Made by a program: the position numbers and the translations under genes
Virus record (IMG/VR): IMGVR_UViG_3300004369_000013
Location: 1,386-65,385 of that record
Strand: one strand, 5' to 3'
DNA length: 64,000 nt
DNA from: a virus
Lineage: Duplodnaviria; Caudoviricetes
Notes under the pieces: model-generated
The model's input: only the letters and a program-made list of their open reading frames with translations
Database searches by the model: none
What the model was told of the DNA's origin: nothing
Part shown: one piece after another, positions 51,386-60,796 of the stretch
Layout: each line of letters opens with the position of its first letter
Numbering within the stretch: position 1 is the stretch's first letter

Positions 51386-53194
51386 TTATGCCTCAATATA
51401 TACTTTGTGTACTTTAACAGAAGTATCTGCTGTAGTACCAGTAACTTGCAGAAGAACATTTCCTCCACTGTATACGGCATCGGTTGTTCCAAGAACAGTA
51501 TTGCTAATTACATTAGCGTACTCTGTTAGGTAAACGTTGTTTGATCCATCTACAGTAACTAGAACCTCAATTACTTCAATGTCAGTACCCTTTTTCATTT
51601 GCACAAGATATTTTGCAGATGAATAAGTACTTGCTGAGAAGGAATCAATTGTTGTTGCTGAGTCTGAAGCAGTACCAATAGCAGTTCCTGCAAGTGCATC
51701 TGCAAAGGCAATGCTTGTTGCAGTTGCTGCACCAAGTACTGGAGTAACAAGTGTTGGTGTATTAGCAAATACTAGAGCACCTGTTCCTGTTTCATCTGAG
51801 ATAACTCCTGCAAGTTGATCAGAGGTGGTTGCAGCAAATACGCTTAGGTTATCTGTTGTATATGCACCATTTGTTACTGTTGCAGCATTTCCTGTGTACT
51901 CTGTTGCTGATAGAACTTGAGTTCCGTTAATCTTTAATACCTTGCCAGAAGCAAGATCAAGATGTTCTGATGAAGTCCATGAATCAGTTGCATCAATCCA
52001 TGAGAAAGTCTTGTCTGTATCACCTTTAAGTGTAAGACCACCACCGTCTGCTCCTGCATCTGTTGGAGATGCGACAGCGCCAAGTGTGAAGTTCTTGTCA
52101 TCAATTGTGATTTCTGTTGAGTTAATTGTAGTTGTTGTACCATTAACTGTTAAGTTCCCTGAAAGTGTAAGCGATGTACCAGTTGCTTCACCAATGTTTG
52201 GTGTCACAAGTGTTGGAGTATTAGCAAAAACAAGTGCTCCAGTACCAGTTTCGTCAGAAATAACTCCTGCCAATTCTGCTGAAGTAGTTGCTGCAAAAAC
52301 ATCCAACTTGTTGTTTGTAAGAGCAACAGTTCCTGAAGCATCTGGCAAAGTAATTGTGCGGTCTGCTGTTGGGTCTGTTACTGTAATTGTGGTCTCATGA
52401 TCATCGGCTGTTGCACCTTCAAGAACGATAGATCCATCTGAAAGTGTAAGGCCTGAAACTACGGGGCTTGTAAGTGTCTTGTTGGTAAGTGTCTGAGAAT
52501 CAGATGTTCCAACTACTGAACCTGTAACACCATGTACACCAGTTGATGCACCTGTGTGTGTTGTTAGGTCTGAATTTAAAGCCTTTGCATCTAACTGTGT
52601 CTGAATTGCTGAAGTTACTCCATCTACATAGTTAAGTTCTGTGGTAGAAAGAATTGCTCCATCAAGAATGTTAAGTTCTGTTGCGGTTGCTGACATAACA
52701 ACATCTTCATTAATCTTTGGTGATGTTAAGGTCTTATTTGTAAGTGTCTGTGTGTTGGTTGTTCCAACTACCGCACCAGTTGCACCATGTGCTTCTGTAA
52801 GATCTGCGTGTCCTGTAACGTCAGAAGTAAGTGCCACTGTTCCTGTTGCATTTGGAAGTGTAATTGTTCTATCTGCTGTAGGATCAGTTACTTGTAAGGT
52901 TGTTTCAAATTCATCTGCTGTTGCGCCTTCAAATGTAATTGCTGTATCAAAAACACCAACTGCTTGTGGTGCTTTCCAGGCAATTCCATCTGCTGCAGTA
53001 GAATCTGCTGTAAGAATATAGTTATCAGTTCCTACGGCTAAACGAGTTACCGCATCTGCACCTGAAGCAACTAGCAAATCACCTTTGGCGTCTACTAGTG
53101 CCTCTGTTAATATATCATGTGAGTTAACGGTTGCAGTTGATCCCTCAACTACCAGTCCCGCTTTTACTCTAAAGTCTTTTGTTACTGTTGCCAT
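51386..53194 (-). CDS. Tail fibre/virion protein
   Basis: Shares repeat modules with 49126..50868. Confidence 0.75.
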   Translation of the reverse strand: MATVTKDFRVKAGLVVEGSTATVNSHDILTEALVDAKGDLLVASGADAVTRLAVGTDNYILTADSTAADGIAWKAPQAVGVFDTAITFEGATADEFETTLQVTDPTADRTITLPNATGTVALTSDVTGHADLTEAHGATGAVVGTTNTQTLTNKTLTSPKINEDVVMSATATELNILDGAILSTTELNYVDGVTSAIQTQLDAKALNSDLTTHTGASTGVHGVTGSVVGTSDSQTLTNKTLTSPVVSGLTLSDGSIVLEGATADDHETTITVTDPTADRTITLPDASGTVALTNNKLDVFAATTSAELAGVISDETGTGALVFANTPTLVTPNIGEATGTSLTLSGNLTVNGTTTTINSTEITIDDKNFTLGAVASPTDAGADGGGLTLKGDTDKTFSWIDATDSWTSSEHLDLASGKVLKINGTQVLSATEYTGNAATVTNGAYTTDNLSVFAATTSDQLAGVISDETGTGALVFANTPTLVTPVLGAATATSIAFADALAGTAIGTASDSATTIDSFSASTYSSAKYLVQMKKGTDIEVIEVLVTVDGSNNVYLTEYANVISNTVLGTTDAVYSGGNVLLQVTGTTADTSVKVHKVYIEA

Positions 53195-53209
53195 CTTTTA
53201 TCTCCTTGG

Positions 53210-53656
53210 TTAGGCCTTTAATCCCATACGCATGAAGCGTAGAGTTATCGGTGTAATCCCCCCTACTGGAACAACAGTTAATGAAACTGTGTCTCCAGCC
53301 CTTGAAACAGAGATGGTGCCAATATTCCCATCGTTGTCTATCGTTGCATACTCACTGACAGAAACATCTGTTCCGTCAATCAATATATTCAATTCTGTAG
53401 AGTAGTACTTGTTCGCACCACCTGCTACATATTTGAGTGAGATCATATATTTCATTGATCTAAACTCACTTGCGGTAAAGTTATCAAATATGGTTGAATT
53501 TTCAATGCCATTGATTGTTAATTCATTATTACCGTCTGAACCAAGATCTGTAGACCTAGCAGAGGTACTATCAATTAAATCTATGTAGTTCGCCTCAGTT
53601 GGTCTGTCACCAGTTTCAAAAAGTGCTTTTACGCTTGCTATTGATACTTTCGCCAT
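53210..53656 (-). CDS. Virion protein
   Basis: FETGDRPTEANYIDLID; C-terminal domain resembles the end of 51386..53194. Confidence 0.6.
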   Translation of the reverse strand: MAKVSIASVKALFETGDRPTEANYIDLIDSTSARSTDLGSDGNNELTINGIENSTIFDNFTASEFRSMKYMISLKYVAGGANKYYSTELNILIDGTDVSVSEYATIDNDGNIGTISVSRAGDTVSLTVVPVGGITPITLRFMRMGLKA

Positions 53657-53678
53657 GGCACCATTATATCATTATATG

Positions 53679-53900
53679 TTAAAGAATATAGTTATTGACT
53701 CCAATAACTTGAAGACCAATTCCAGGAACATTGGCATTTGCGGGGGCAATTCCTATTGTGGTGAACTTAACCCTAAAAGGTAAAACCTCATTAATTTTTA
53801 CTGCTCGTGCGTTGTAAATTATTTCAGATAATGGATATCCAACAGAACTTATTGTTTTTACTTTTTGACTATCTGTGTCAATGATTAAAGCAGAAGCCAT
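53679..53900 (-). CDS. Hypothetical protein
   Basis: Translationally coupled (TAATG) to the upstream gene. Confidence 0.65.
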   Translation of the reverse strand: MASALIIDTDSQKVKTISSVGYPLSEIIYNARAVKINEVLPFRVKFTTIGIAPANANVPGIGLQVIGVNNYIL

Positions 53901-54313
53901 TATGACTCTTGACCGTTTGTAATATCCTCAATGACTGTTAGAGTGCCACGAGCAACTGTCCAAACCCTAGTCTCATCGCTTAATTCAATATCAAAAATAT
54001 CGCCTGTGTCTAGGCTTCTTGATTCTGCAGATGTTAGAGATACTGTAAATTCTCCATCTCCATCTTCTGCTGTGGCTACTGGATACAATGTTAATACGCT
54101 TGTTGGATTTGGATCACTAAGATTACCCGCCACCGCTGGTCTTTTAATTTCCATCTCAATTGTCCACTCAGAAATAGTTAGTGCATCTTTATCATCATCT
54201 GTTACGTATACCCTAAATGCAGCGGTATCACCTTTTACAACTGTCCACTTTACTGTTGGCGGTGTAGATCCAACAGAATATGAACTTTGTGATTGAGTTC
54301 TAAATGTAGCCAT
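53900..54313 (-). CDS. Small beta-sandwich virion protein (paralogue 1)
   Basis: WTVVKGDTA...FDIEL...TVARGTLTV. Confidence 0.6.
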   Translation of the reverse strand: MATFRTQSQSSYSVGSTPPTVKWTVVKGDTAAFRVYVTDDDKDALTISEWTIEMEIKRPAVAGNLSDPNPTSVLTLYPVATAEDGDGEFTVSLTSAESRSLDTGDIFDIELSDETRVWTVARGTLTVIEDITNGQES

Positions 54314-54377
54314 AATCTTATCATTATACCATCAACTAATAACAATTTTATGAATATTTTTTATTTAATGCGGGTAT

Positions 54378-54407
54378 TTGACTAAAAAGGCCAAACAATG
54401 GTATAAT
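54378..54407 (+). promoter_or_regulatory. Sigma70-type promoter TTGACT-N18-TATAAT with extended TG
   Basis: Direct motif match; divergent from a minus-strand promoter at 54323-54331. Confidence 0.8.
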
Positions 54408-54458
54408 TAATATATGCTACCAGTAGGTAGCATTTGTTTCTCTAGGAGGTATTTTACA

Positions 54459-55028
54459 ATGAGAGAGTCAAGTGTTTGGCTGGGGGTATTAACGTTAATT
54501 GTTGGCAGTACCGTTTTTGTTATTTCTGCAAATGCAATAAATAAAGACAGTTTATTGGCTAATGAAACTGAAAATAACTTGTTGATTAAAGAGCCTGAAA
54601 AACTTGCCACCCAAAAGGTGGCTTTTTTGGTTTCTAAAGAGAAAAAATTAGCAAACTATGAAAATGCTCATAATTTAACTGATGGGCAACTAGTTGATAT
54701 GTTGCGTCATGTGGGTTTTAAGGGAGGGGCTTTAAGGTCTGCTTGTGCTATTGCCAAAGCAGAATCTAATGGTCGTCCTCTTGCCTTTAATGGCAATGTA
54801 AAGACTGGAGACAACTCTTATGGCGTATTTCAAATTAATATGATTGGCAAACTTGGGGCAGATCGTAGAGAAAAGTTTGAGTTAGATTCAAATGCTGAGT
54901 TGTTAAATCCAGTAGTTAATGCAAAAATTGCTTTGCATATGACTAAGGGCGGAACAGACTGGTCTTCATGGAGTTCTGTAAATGGAAAACGGTATCAAGA
55001 ATGGTATAATAAATATCCATGTAAATAA
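54459..55028 (+). CDS. Secreted lysozyme-like lytic transglycosylase (candidate endolysin)
   Basis: N-terminal hydrophobic signal; AIAKAES, SYGVFQIN, LLNPVVNA, WSSW; AGGAGG RBS. Confidence 0.85.
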   Translation: MRESSVWLGVLTLIVGSTVFVISANAINKDSLLANETENNLLIKEPEKLATQKVAFLVSKEKKLANYENAHNLTDGQLVDMLRHVGFKGGALRSACAIAKAESNGRPLAFNGNVKTGDNSYGVFQINMIGKLGADRREKFELDSNAELLNPVVNAKIALHMTKGGTDWSSWSSVNGKRYQEWYNKYPCK

Positions 55029-55076
55029 AAAATAAAAATACCCCCTTGGTTATGTAATCTAGGGGTATTTTTTTTT
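55027..55076. terminator. Bidirectional terminator
   Basis: AAAAATACCCC...GGGGTATTTTT between convergent genes. Confidence 0.85.
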
Positions 55077-55764
55077 ACCTATATTCTTTTTTATTCCAAA
55101 ACATTTTTTTATACTTATTAAAAAACATTGTTCCTATTTCGTTGGTTTTTTTGCCAACTCTTTGAGCATCTTTTTCGTTTCCATATCTTGCTTTCCAACT
55201 ATCTCTCTTAAAGGGTATTACTTGTGCAATTGGTGTGCCTTTTAAAATAATTCCTTCCCACTTTGGATCATTAATTACAAAAGGAAAGTTGACTGGTCCA
55301 TGAAAATTGTCCGTATCAACAATTGCTGGAAATATCGTAAAAGGTAAATCCTGATGCATTGGTGTTAAGAACAAACATGAATATCCTTTTGGTGTCTCAA
55401 TTGCCCAAGGATTCATAAATTTTGGATAATCATAAGAATTTTGCAAAGGATGCCCTTCTGCTTGTTTATGATTATGAAAAGTTACTTCCATAACTTTATT
55501 CCAAGTAAAAAATTGTTTATCATCTACTACAGAAACCGTTGTGTCTGATGGAGCAACAATCATATATCCAGATGAGAATGCATCAAATACTGGCATACAT
55601 TTTTTTATAGAAGCATCTGTGTTTCCATTTGGAAGAACTATTCCTTTTTCACTATCAATAAATGATTTGTGTTTTTTATACCATTCTGGAACAAAATTTG
55701 ATGCTGGAAGTGGATTTGTTAAATCAATATTTTGAATAAAAATATTTGTAAACTTAATTTCCAT
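55075..55764 (-). CDS. Phage protein, possibly dUTPase-like beta fold
   Basis: PEWYK, KKCMPVFD, KFMNPW..TPKGYS, GTPIAQVIPFKR; fold assignment tentative. Confidence 0.55.
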   Translation of the reverse strand: MEIKFTNIFIQNIDLTNPLPASNFVPEWYKKHKSFIDSEKGIVLPNGNTDASIKKCMPVFDAFSSGYMIVAPSDTTVSVVDDKQFFTWNKVMEVTFHNHKQAEGHPLQNSYDYPKFMNPWAIETPKGYSCLFLTPMHQDLPFTIFPAIVDTDNFHGPVNFPFVINDPKWEGIILKGTPIAQVIPFKRDSWKARYGNEKDAQRVGKKTNEIGTMFFNKYKKMFWNKKEYR

Positions 55765-55798
55765 TTATCTATGATATCATAAAAAAAATATTAAGTAT

Positions 55799-56197
55799 TT
55801 ACGGTGTTATTTCTATTCCTTGTCCATTTGGAGTCTCACCAGTTTCTGAAGGTGGAATGTCTGGTTCATCAATAACCACACCCTGAATCCATGAAACTGT
55901 TTCTTCGTCCCACAAATAAAAATTTCCATCGTCTGGTCTTGGAACTGGAGGCTCCCAGTCTTTATCTGCATTTAAGACCCATGAAGGAAATGGCTTTATA
56001 TAAATAAATGTTTCTCCATCCCAAGGACACCCAACAGACAAAAACCTTGGAGCAGTTAAAAATTTTTCAGGAATTTGCATTATTAGATCTGCTTCATTTA
56101 AAACCCTAACCTCTTCTAAAAATTCATCTGTAGGGTCTTCAAGCAAAACAATGTTTGAAATTAAAGAATCTTTTATTAAAACATAATTAGTTTCCAT
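55799..56197 (-). CDS. Putative tail-fibre assembly/accessory protein
   Basis: PFPSW...WEPPVPRP...YLWDE; follows the Gly-rich fibre tip gene. Confidence 0.6.
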   Translation of the reverse strand: METNYVLIKDSLISNIVLLEDPTDEFLEEVRVLNEADLIMQIPEKFLTAPRFLSVGCPWDGETFIYIKPFPSWVLNADKDWEPPVPRPDDGNFYLWDEETVSWIQGVVIDEPDIPPSETGETPNGQGIEITP

Positions 56198-56208
56198 CGT
56201 TGCTCCTT

Positions 56209-57252
56209 TTATTTAACGTAAACTAAAATTCTGGCTGCGCCACCTGCGCCAGCGCCACCCCAGCCACCGCCACCGCCACCGCCTGGACCATTTGCGTTTC
56301 CGCCTACTGGATAGAAAGCGCCAGAGCCTCCTTGTCCACCTCCAGAGGATGGTCCACCGCTACCGCCAGCATGGGCTCCGCCTCCTCCGCCATAGCCGAC
56401 AACCCATGGGTAATAATTGTAGTATGTATTTCCCGATTTAAAGGCGCTGAACATTGGGCCTCCGCCTGCTCCACCGCCACCGCCACCGCCACCGAACGAA
56501 GCGATAGAGGTATTGGTGCTTGTTGCAAGTGAGTTACTTCCTCCTGCACCTCCAGGGGTTGCCGAAAAGTTAGCATTTGTGCCACCTACGTTTCCACCGC
56601 CTTGACCGCCTTCTCTAAAAGTAAATGTTCCAGTATTAGCATTTGCGCTACCTCCAGCACCACCTGCGGTTAAAAATCCTCCAAATGATGAGTTACCTCC
56701 ACCTGCTCCTGCTATTTGTACATAATGGTTTGATCCTGCTGAAACTGCTACATCTTCAAGAATAAATACTGGACCACCTGAGCCACCTGAAGTTCCAGAG
56801 CCAGCAGTACCTGCGCCAGCACCAACAATTGCAATCGCAGTCTTACCTGCAGGAACCGTAAATGTACCACTTGAGTTAAATGTTTGAGCCAACTCATATC
56901 CTGGTGCAACAATTGAATTAGAAGAAGTTGAATATGGAGACACGCCTGTTGCATTTACTGCTCTTACAGTAAAAGTATATGCTTGTCCAATAACCAAATT
57001 GTTTCCATAGTTAATACTTCCAGTATTTGAATTTGCTACTATGGATCCTGGGCTTGAAAGAGCAGAAAAAGATGAGGGTGTTCCACCTGTTGATGCAGCC
57101 GTTGCTGATAGTTGTACTGCACCATTAACTACTGCAGGGGTTGCATTTAGTGTGGGTGTGTCTGGAACATCAGGAATCTTAGTTCCACCCGCTGAGGCAT
57201 CATTATATTTCTTGCCTGTTAAGTTAGAGTCACTTGCTCTTCTTGTTGCCAT
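56209..57252 (-). CDS. FN3 plus glycine-rich putative receptor-binding protein
   Basis: YTFTVRAVNATG (FN3-like), FNSSGTFTVP, poly-Gly C-terminus. Confidence 0.7.
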   Translation of the reverse strand: MATRRASDSNLTGKKYNDASAGGTKIPDVPDTPTLNATPAVVNGAVQLSATAASTGGTPSSFSALSSPGSIVANSNTGSINYGNNLVIGQAYTFTVRAVNATGVSPYSTSSNSIVAPGYELAQTFNSSGTFTVPAGKTAIAIVGAGAGTAGSGTSGGSGGPVFILEDVAVSAGSNHYVQIAGAGGGNSSFGGFLTAGGAGGSANANTGTFTFREGGQGGGNVGGTNANFSATPGGAGGSNSLATSTNTSIASFGGGGGGGGAGGGPMFSAFKSGNTYYNYYPWVVGYGGGGGAHAGGSGGPSSGGGQGGSGAFYPVGGNANGPGGGGGGGWGGAGAGGAARILVYVK

Positions 57253-57272
57253 TACTAGCCCCTATCCTTTAA

Positions 57273-57605
57273 TTAAGAAATTTCTGAACCAAATGCTGAA
57301 AAAGACATGCTTCCAGAAGATGCGAAAACAGTAATTACGTCTTCTGCTGCAAGAGTAATTCCAACAGTGAGCATAATTGAATCTGATGCTCCGACAGTTG
57401 CTCCGTAAACTATGTAGTGTTTTTGTGCTGTTGAAGCATCTGCTGCTGGACGTACCGCAATACGGTATGTTCCTGAAGATCCTGCCTGATTAGCAACTGC
57501 AATAGTAGAAATTACCGCTGACGTTGCAGCAGGTACTGTGTATAGAGTTGTTTCTGTGGTAGCACTTGGCGCTACTTGCGCTAAAATTTTATATGTTGAT
57601 GCCAT
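57273..57605 (-). CDS. Small fibre adaptor-like virion protein
   Basis: MASTYKILAQ...TLYTVP...SFSAFGSEIS. Confidence 0.6.
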   Translation of the reverse strand: MASTYKILAQVAPSATTETTLYTVPAATSAVISTIAVANQAGSSGTYRIAVRPAADASTAQKHYIVYGATVGASDSIMLTVGITLAAEDVITVFASSGSMSFSAFGSEIS

Positions 57606-57608
57606 CTC

Positions 57609-58037
57609 TTATCCTCCCATTAGTAAGAATAGTTCTGGCAGTCCGCTTGCGTCTTGCCATGATGTTATTATACCATCTGTTTGTAATACTTTTCCTGCAT
57701 TTCCTGCTTGTGCAGGAATAAAGGGAATCCATGATGATCCATTATAAAATTGAAGTTGATGAATTGTGTTTCCGCTACCATCTTGCCTTACTAGGCATAT
57801 TGATCCTGCTGTTGGAGAGGTAATTGATGCATCTCTTGCCGATGGATTAAGATAATTATTTATACCCTTTTTTGCAACCAAAGACTCAAGCATTGTTACA
57901 GCAGACAGATAAGTTTGTAGTCCAGCCCATTCAAAAGTTCCAGAGGTGTCTGTTTTGCCAGATAACTCATACCAGGTGTCGTCTGCTGCGTTATATATAA
58001 AACCTGGTTTTCCGTCTGTATTAAATGAAGTTGGCAT
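57609..58037 (-). CDS. Short tail-fibre protein
   Basis: QAGNAGKVLQTDG; ends LFLLMGG. Confidence 0.6.
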   Translation of the reverse strand: MPTSFNTDGKPGFIYNAADDTWYELSGKTDTSGTFEWAGLQTYLSAVTMLESLVAKKGINNYLNPSARDASITSPTAGSICLVRQDGSGNTIHQLQFYNGSSWIPFIPAQAGNAGKVLQTDGIITSWQDASGLPELFLLMGG

Positions 58038-58516
58038 TAAATCACCTGATCAAAACTACTAGTATCTCCATTGTAAACATATACCTCAATTGGGCTTGTT
58101 CCTTTTTTAATCCAAAGAACTCCGTTTGCCAATCCAGTTGTTGGTTCTGTTGCTGTATAAATTGATGTTGCTGACAAGTAACCAACTGGGGCAGGAGCAT
58201 CTTTGTCTACCCAGATATAACCATCTGGAATTGTATTAGAAAATGCAGTAAAGTCTGCTGCAACTGGTGCAGAATTTTGTGCTGAAGATATATCTCTTGC
58301 TGCCAGTTCTAAAGCAACCTGATCATCTATCTGTTCTTGTAGGTCATTAATTGTATATGCAATTGACGGATTTAAAAGGTTTGCTGTATCATTTTCTGCG
58401 GTATCAAAATCATAAGATCCATAGTGATATGCCCTTAAGGCGTCTTGAATATTAGCATCATCAACTAATGCTGGAATCTTGGTTGGTACTAAATTTCCTA
58501 TATTCTCTACAGCCAT
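58037..58516 (-). CDS. Virion protein
   Basis: TKIP...ANIQDALRAYHYG; fibre-like motifs. Confidence 0.55.
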   Translation of the reverse strand: MAVENIGNLVPTKIPALVDDANIQDALRAYHYGSYDFDTAENDTANLLNPSIAYTINDLQEQIDDQVALELAARDISSAQNSAPVAADFTAFSNTIPDGYIWVDKDAPAPVGYLSATSIYTATEPTTGLANGVLWIKKGTSPIEVYVYNGDTSSFDQVI

Positions 58517-58551
58517 TGGGTCACCTCTTTAAAGATTATACCATTTTTATA

Positions 58552-59127
58552 TCAAACTATTGATATAAATAAATGTACAGTTTTGCTTCCAGTTAATGCA
58601 GACCAACTACCACCACTATATTCAACTGCATCAAAATTTATTACCAGATTTGATCCAGCCCCTGCCAAGGCAGGAATTTCCATTGATGATGCGATTGGGT
58701 TTGCCCCCTCAATCTTAAACTGAACATTAAAGTTTGAGGCAGTAAGTGGTGAGCCGCTAACAGTTACTATGTTTGATATTGGGATCGTTGTAGAGGCAGA
58801 TCCAGAAGAAAAAGAAAGTGTCTGAACTGCCGAATAAATTGCTGGATTTATCTTTAAAACTTGTACCCAAGTATTTGTGCCTGCCTGAGATATGTATTGA
58901 TACATATATCCATAGCCTGCTCCTGGAGCGGTATTGATATACATATCATTTAATATTAAAGTAGTTCCAAATAAAACACCACTTGCTGTAAGTGCATTGG
59001 GCTCTCCAGAACCAACAATAAATTTGCTACCACGAGTTCCCTGTGGTCCAATATCTACCAAAACATCAACTGAGTCTGGCGGTCCTAAGACAACAACATC
59101 TTCAGTATTAAGTAATACATCTACCAT
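58552..59127 (-). CDS. Virion protein
   Basis: GPQGTRGS...G.GEP, DMYIN motifs. Confidence 0.55.
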   Translation of the reverse strand: MVDVLLNTEDVVVLGPPDSVDVLVDIGPQGTRGSKFIVGSGEPNALTASGVLFGTTLILNDMYINTAPGAGYGYMYQYISQAGTNTWVQVLKINPAIYSAVQTLSFSSGSASTTIPISNIVTVSGSPLTASNFNVQFKIEGANPIASSMEIPALAGAGSNLVINFDAVEYSGGSWSALTGSKTVHLFISIV

Positions 59128-59477
59128 TATGATTCATCTGCTCCAGTAATATCATTTGTTACAGTAATTGTTCCAGTAAGAACTGTAAAAATTTCAGATG
59201 CACTGGCATCTATTTGAACATCATATACATATGTTCCAGCAGCAAGATCTCTTCCTACGCCAGGAAGAATTGTGCAGGTGATTGTATCTGCCGAGGCATC
59301 AACTACTGCCTGCCCCTCATACTGCGTTTGATTTTCGCCTCTTGCAGTAGCAATAAAAAAGTTTGCACTAAAACCTGTTAAATCAAAAGCGCTACCATTT
59401 GCTGTTTTTGGACGTACCACAAATTCGGCGGTATCGCCACGGTAGTAATTAAAATTAAAATTTCCTGGAAATGCCAT
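59127..59477 (-). CDS. Small beta-sandwich virion protein (paralogue 2)
   Basis: YYRGDTA...DLTG...YVYDVQI...LTGTITV. Confidence 0.6.
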   Translation of the reverse strand: MAFPGNFNFNYYRGDTAEFVVRPKTANGSAFDLTGFSANFFIATARGENQTQYEGQAVVDASADTITCTILPGVGRDLAAGTYVYDVQIDASASEIFTVLTGTITVTNDITGADES

Positions 59478-59501
59478 TATTCCTCCTACAACATTATACC
59501 A

Positions 59502-60221
59502 TTATGATACTGCTATATATATGCCTTTTAAAATAAAGGACCCCTCGTTGTCTGTTCTTATTTGAGGAATGCCTCCATGGTTTTTTATTTTGTCGTTATT
59601 TATAAAAATGGTTTGAGAATAAGATAGATCGTATTGATATTGATACTTTAACAATCCAACATATCCTGCTGGAGACAGATATTCATCTCTCAAAAGAGTT
59701 CTTATCCAAACCTCTGTATTATTTGAATATGTCTCTAAAGAAAAGTCATACCTAATTTCTACCCTTGCCCCTACCTTAAGTGTCTTTAGGTTAATATTTT
59801 TTGCTACCTGGTTTAATAAAGAAACTGACTTGTTTGGAAGATAGGTTTCAACACTCTGATCCTGATTTATATTTAAGAAAAAAGAAACCCATCCATCTTC
59901 TCCTCTTTCTGGACCAACTCTATAGGCAACGGTTTCGCTTCCAGCATAATATGCCCAGCCAGGGTACTGTCCAGATGGGCTATCGTATCCTTCTGCCCCT
60001 TTACCAGGATCGCCTTTTTCTCCTTGAGGGCCCTGTAGTCCTTGTGCTCCCTTTTCGCCTCTCTCACCTTTTGGTCCTTGTGGCCCTGGTGGACCTGGTG
60101 GACCAATCTCGCCTCTTTCTCCTTGAATTCCAGGAACGGCAATATATTCGGTAGATTTTGTATTTTCTACAGTTTCGTTATATTTTTTCTTTTTACTAGG
60201 AAAATCCATATTTGTAGCCAT
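59502..60221 (-). CDS. Collagen-like (Gly-X-Y) virion protein
   Basis: Continuous GXY run [15 protein letters not shown]... Confidence 0.8.
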   Translation of the reverse strand: MATNMDFPSKKKKYNETVENTKSTEYIAVPGIQGERGEIGPPGPPGPQGPKGERGEKGAQGLQGPQGEKGDPGKGAEGYDSPSGQYPGWAYYAGSETVAYRVGPERGEDGWVSFFLNINQDQSVETYLPNKSVSLLNQVAKNINLKTLKVGARVEIRYDFSLETYSNNTEVWIRTLLRDEYLSPAGYVGLLKYQYQYDLSYSQTIFINNDKIKNHGGIPQIRTDNEGSFILKGIYIAVS

Positions 60222-60231
60222 CAGACTCTCC

Positions 60232-60321
60232 TTACTTTATTTTTGTTTTAAAAACCTTTTTGCCAATTTTTACAATTGGAGGAATACTTGTATTTAGGGT
60301 AGAAGCCTTTACGACTGGCAC
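60232..60321 (-). CDS. Possible 29-aa basic peptide
   Basis: GTG overlaps the upstream TAG; MPVVKASTLNTSIPPIVKIGKKVFKTKIK; fills the gap. Confidence 0.45.
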   Translation of the reverse strand: MPVVKASTLNTSIPPIVKIGKKVFKTKIK

Positions 60322-60722
60322 TATAAACTTCCTCCAGGAGTAACATTTCCAAGTACACATATTGTTCCAACCACTGGAGTCCAGACTGTGTCTTCTTCTC
60401 CACTACCGCCAGGAATTGTAACCTGAAGATCAAAGGGTAATTCTGATACTACACTTCTATATTGAGTTCCCCAGTTTAACGTAGTTTCTGCTGGAATTGA
60501 AATTGTTACATACCCCTCTTCTGCTGTAACGGTAAGTTCGTCAAGAACCTCTCCTGCAGGATCGTAGGATGTAGATAAAAATGTCCAACCATCTGTATCC
60601 CAGTAAGTGGTTTCATCGTCTTCAAAAAACTCTATTTTTAACGTTGCGCTATCTCCACGGACTACGGTCCATTGAATATTTGCTGGAGAAGCACCATATT
60701 TTTCTATTGTAGGAGTACACAT
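60321..60722 (-). CDS. Small beta-sandwich virion protein (paralogue 3)
   Basis: WTVVRGDSA...FDLQV...TPVVGTICV. Confidence 0.6.
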   Translation of the reverse strand: MCTPTIEKYGASPANIQWTVVRGDSATLKIEFFEDDETTYWDTDGWTFLSTSYDPAGEVLDELTVTAEEGYVTISIPAETTLNWGTQYRSVVSELPFDLQVTIPGGSGEEDTVWTPVVGTICVLGNVTPGGSL

Positions 60723-60741
60723 AATAATTGATTATACCATT

Positions 60742-60796
60742 AAATAAAACTGGACGCCTAGACGCAGTGGGGTGGGGGTAGTATCTAGGCGCCAGC
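60742..60796 (-). ncRNA. Candidate small hairpin RNA with C-rich loop
   Basis: Promoter TGATATAAT at 60811-60803, then CUGG-CGCCUAGA...UACCCCCACCCCACU...UCUAGGCG-U-CCAG-UUUUAUUU. Confidence 0.5.

Noticed and set aside
49126-53194. Diversity-generating retroelement acting on the Mtd-N fibre
   Set aside because: No reverse transcriptase and no template/variable repeat pair differing only at adenines was seen.
54407-54610. Minus-strand 67-aa ORF
   Set aside because: Antisense to the lysin gene, with no RBS or recognisable motif.
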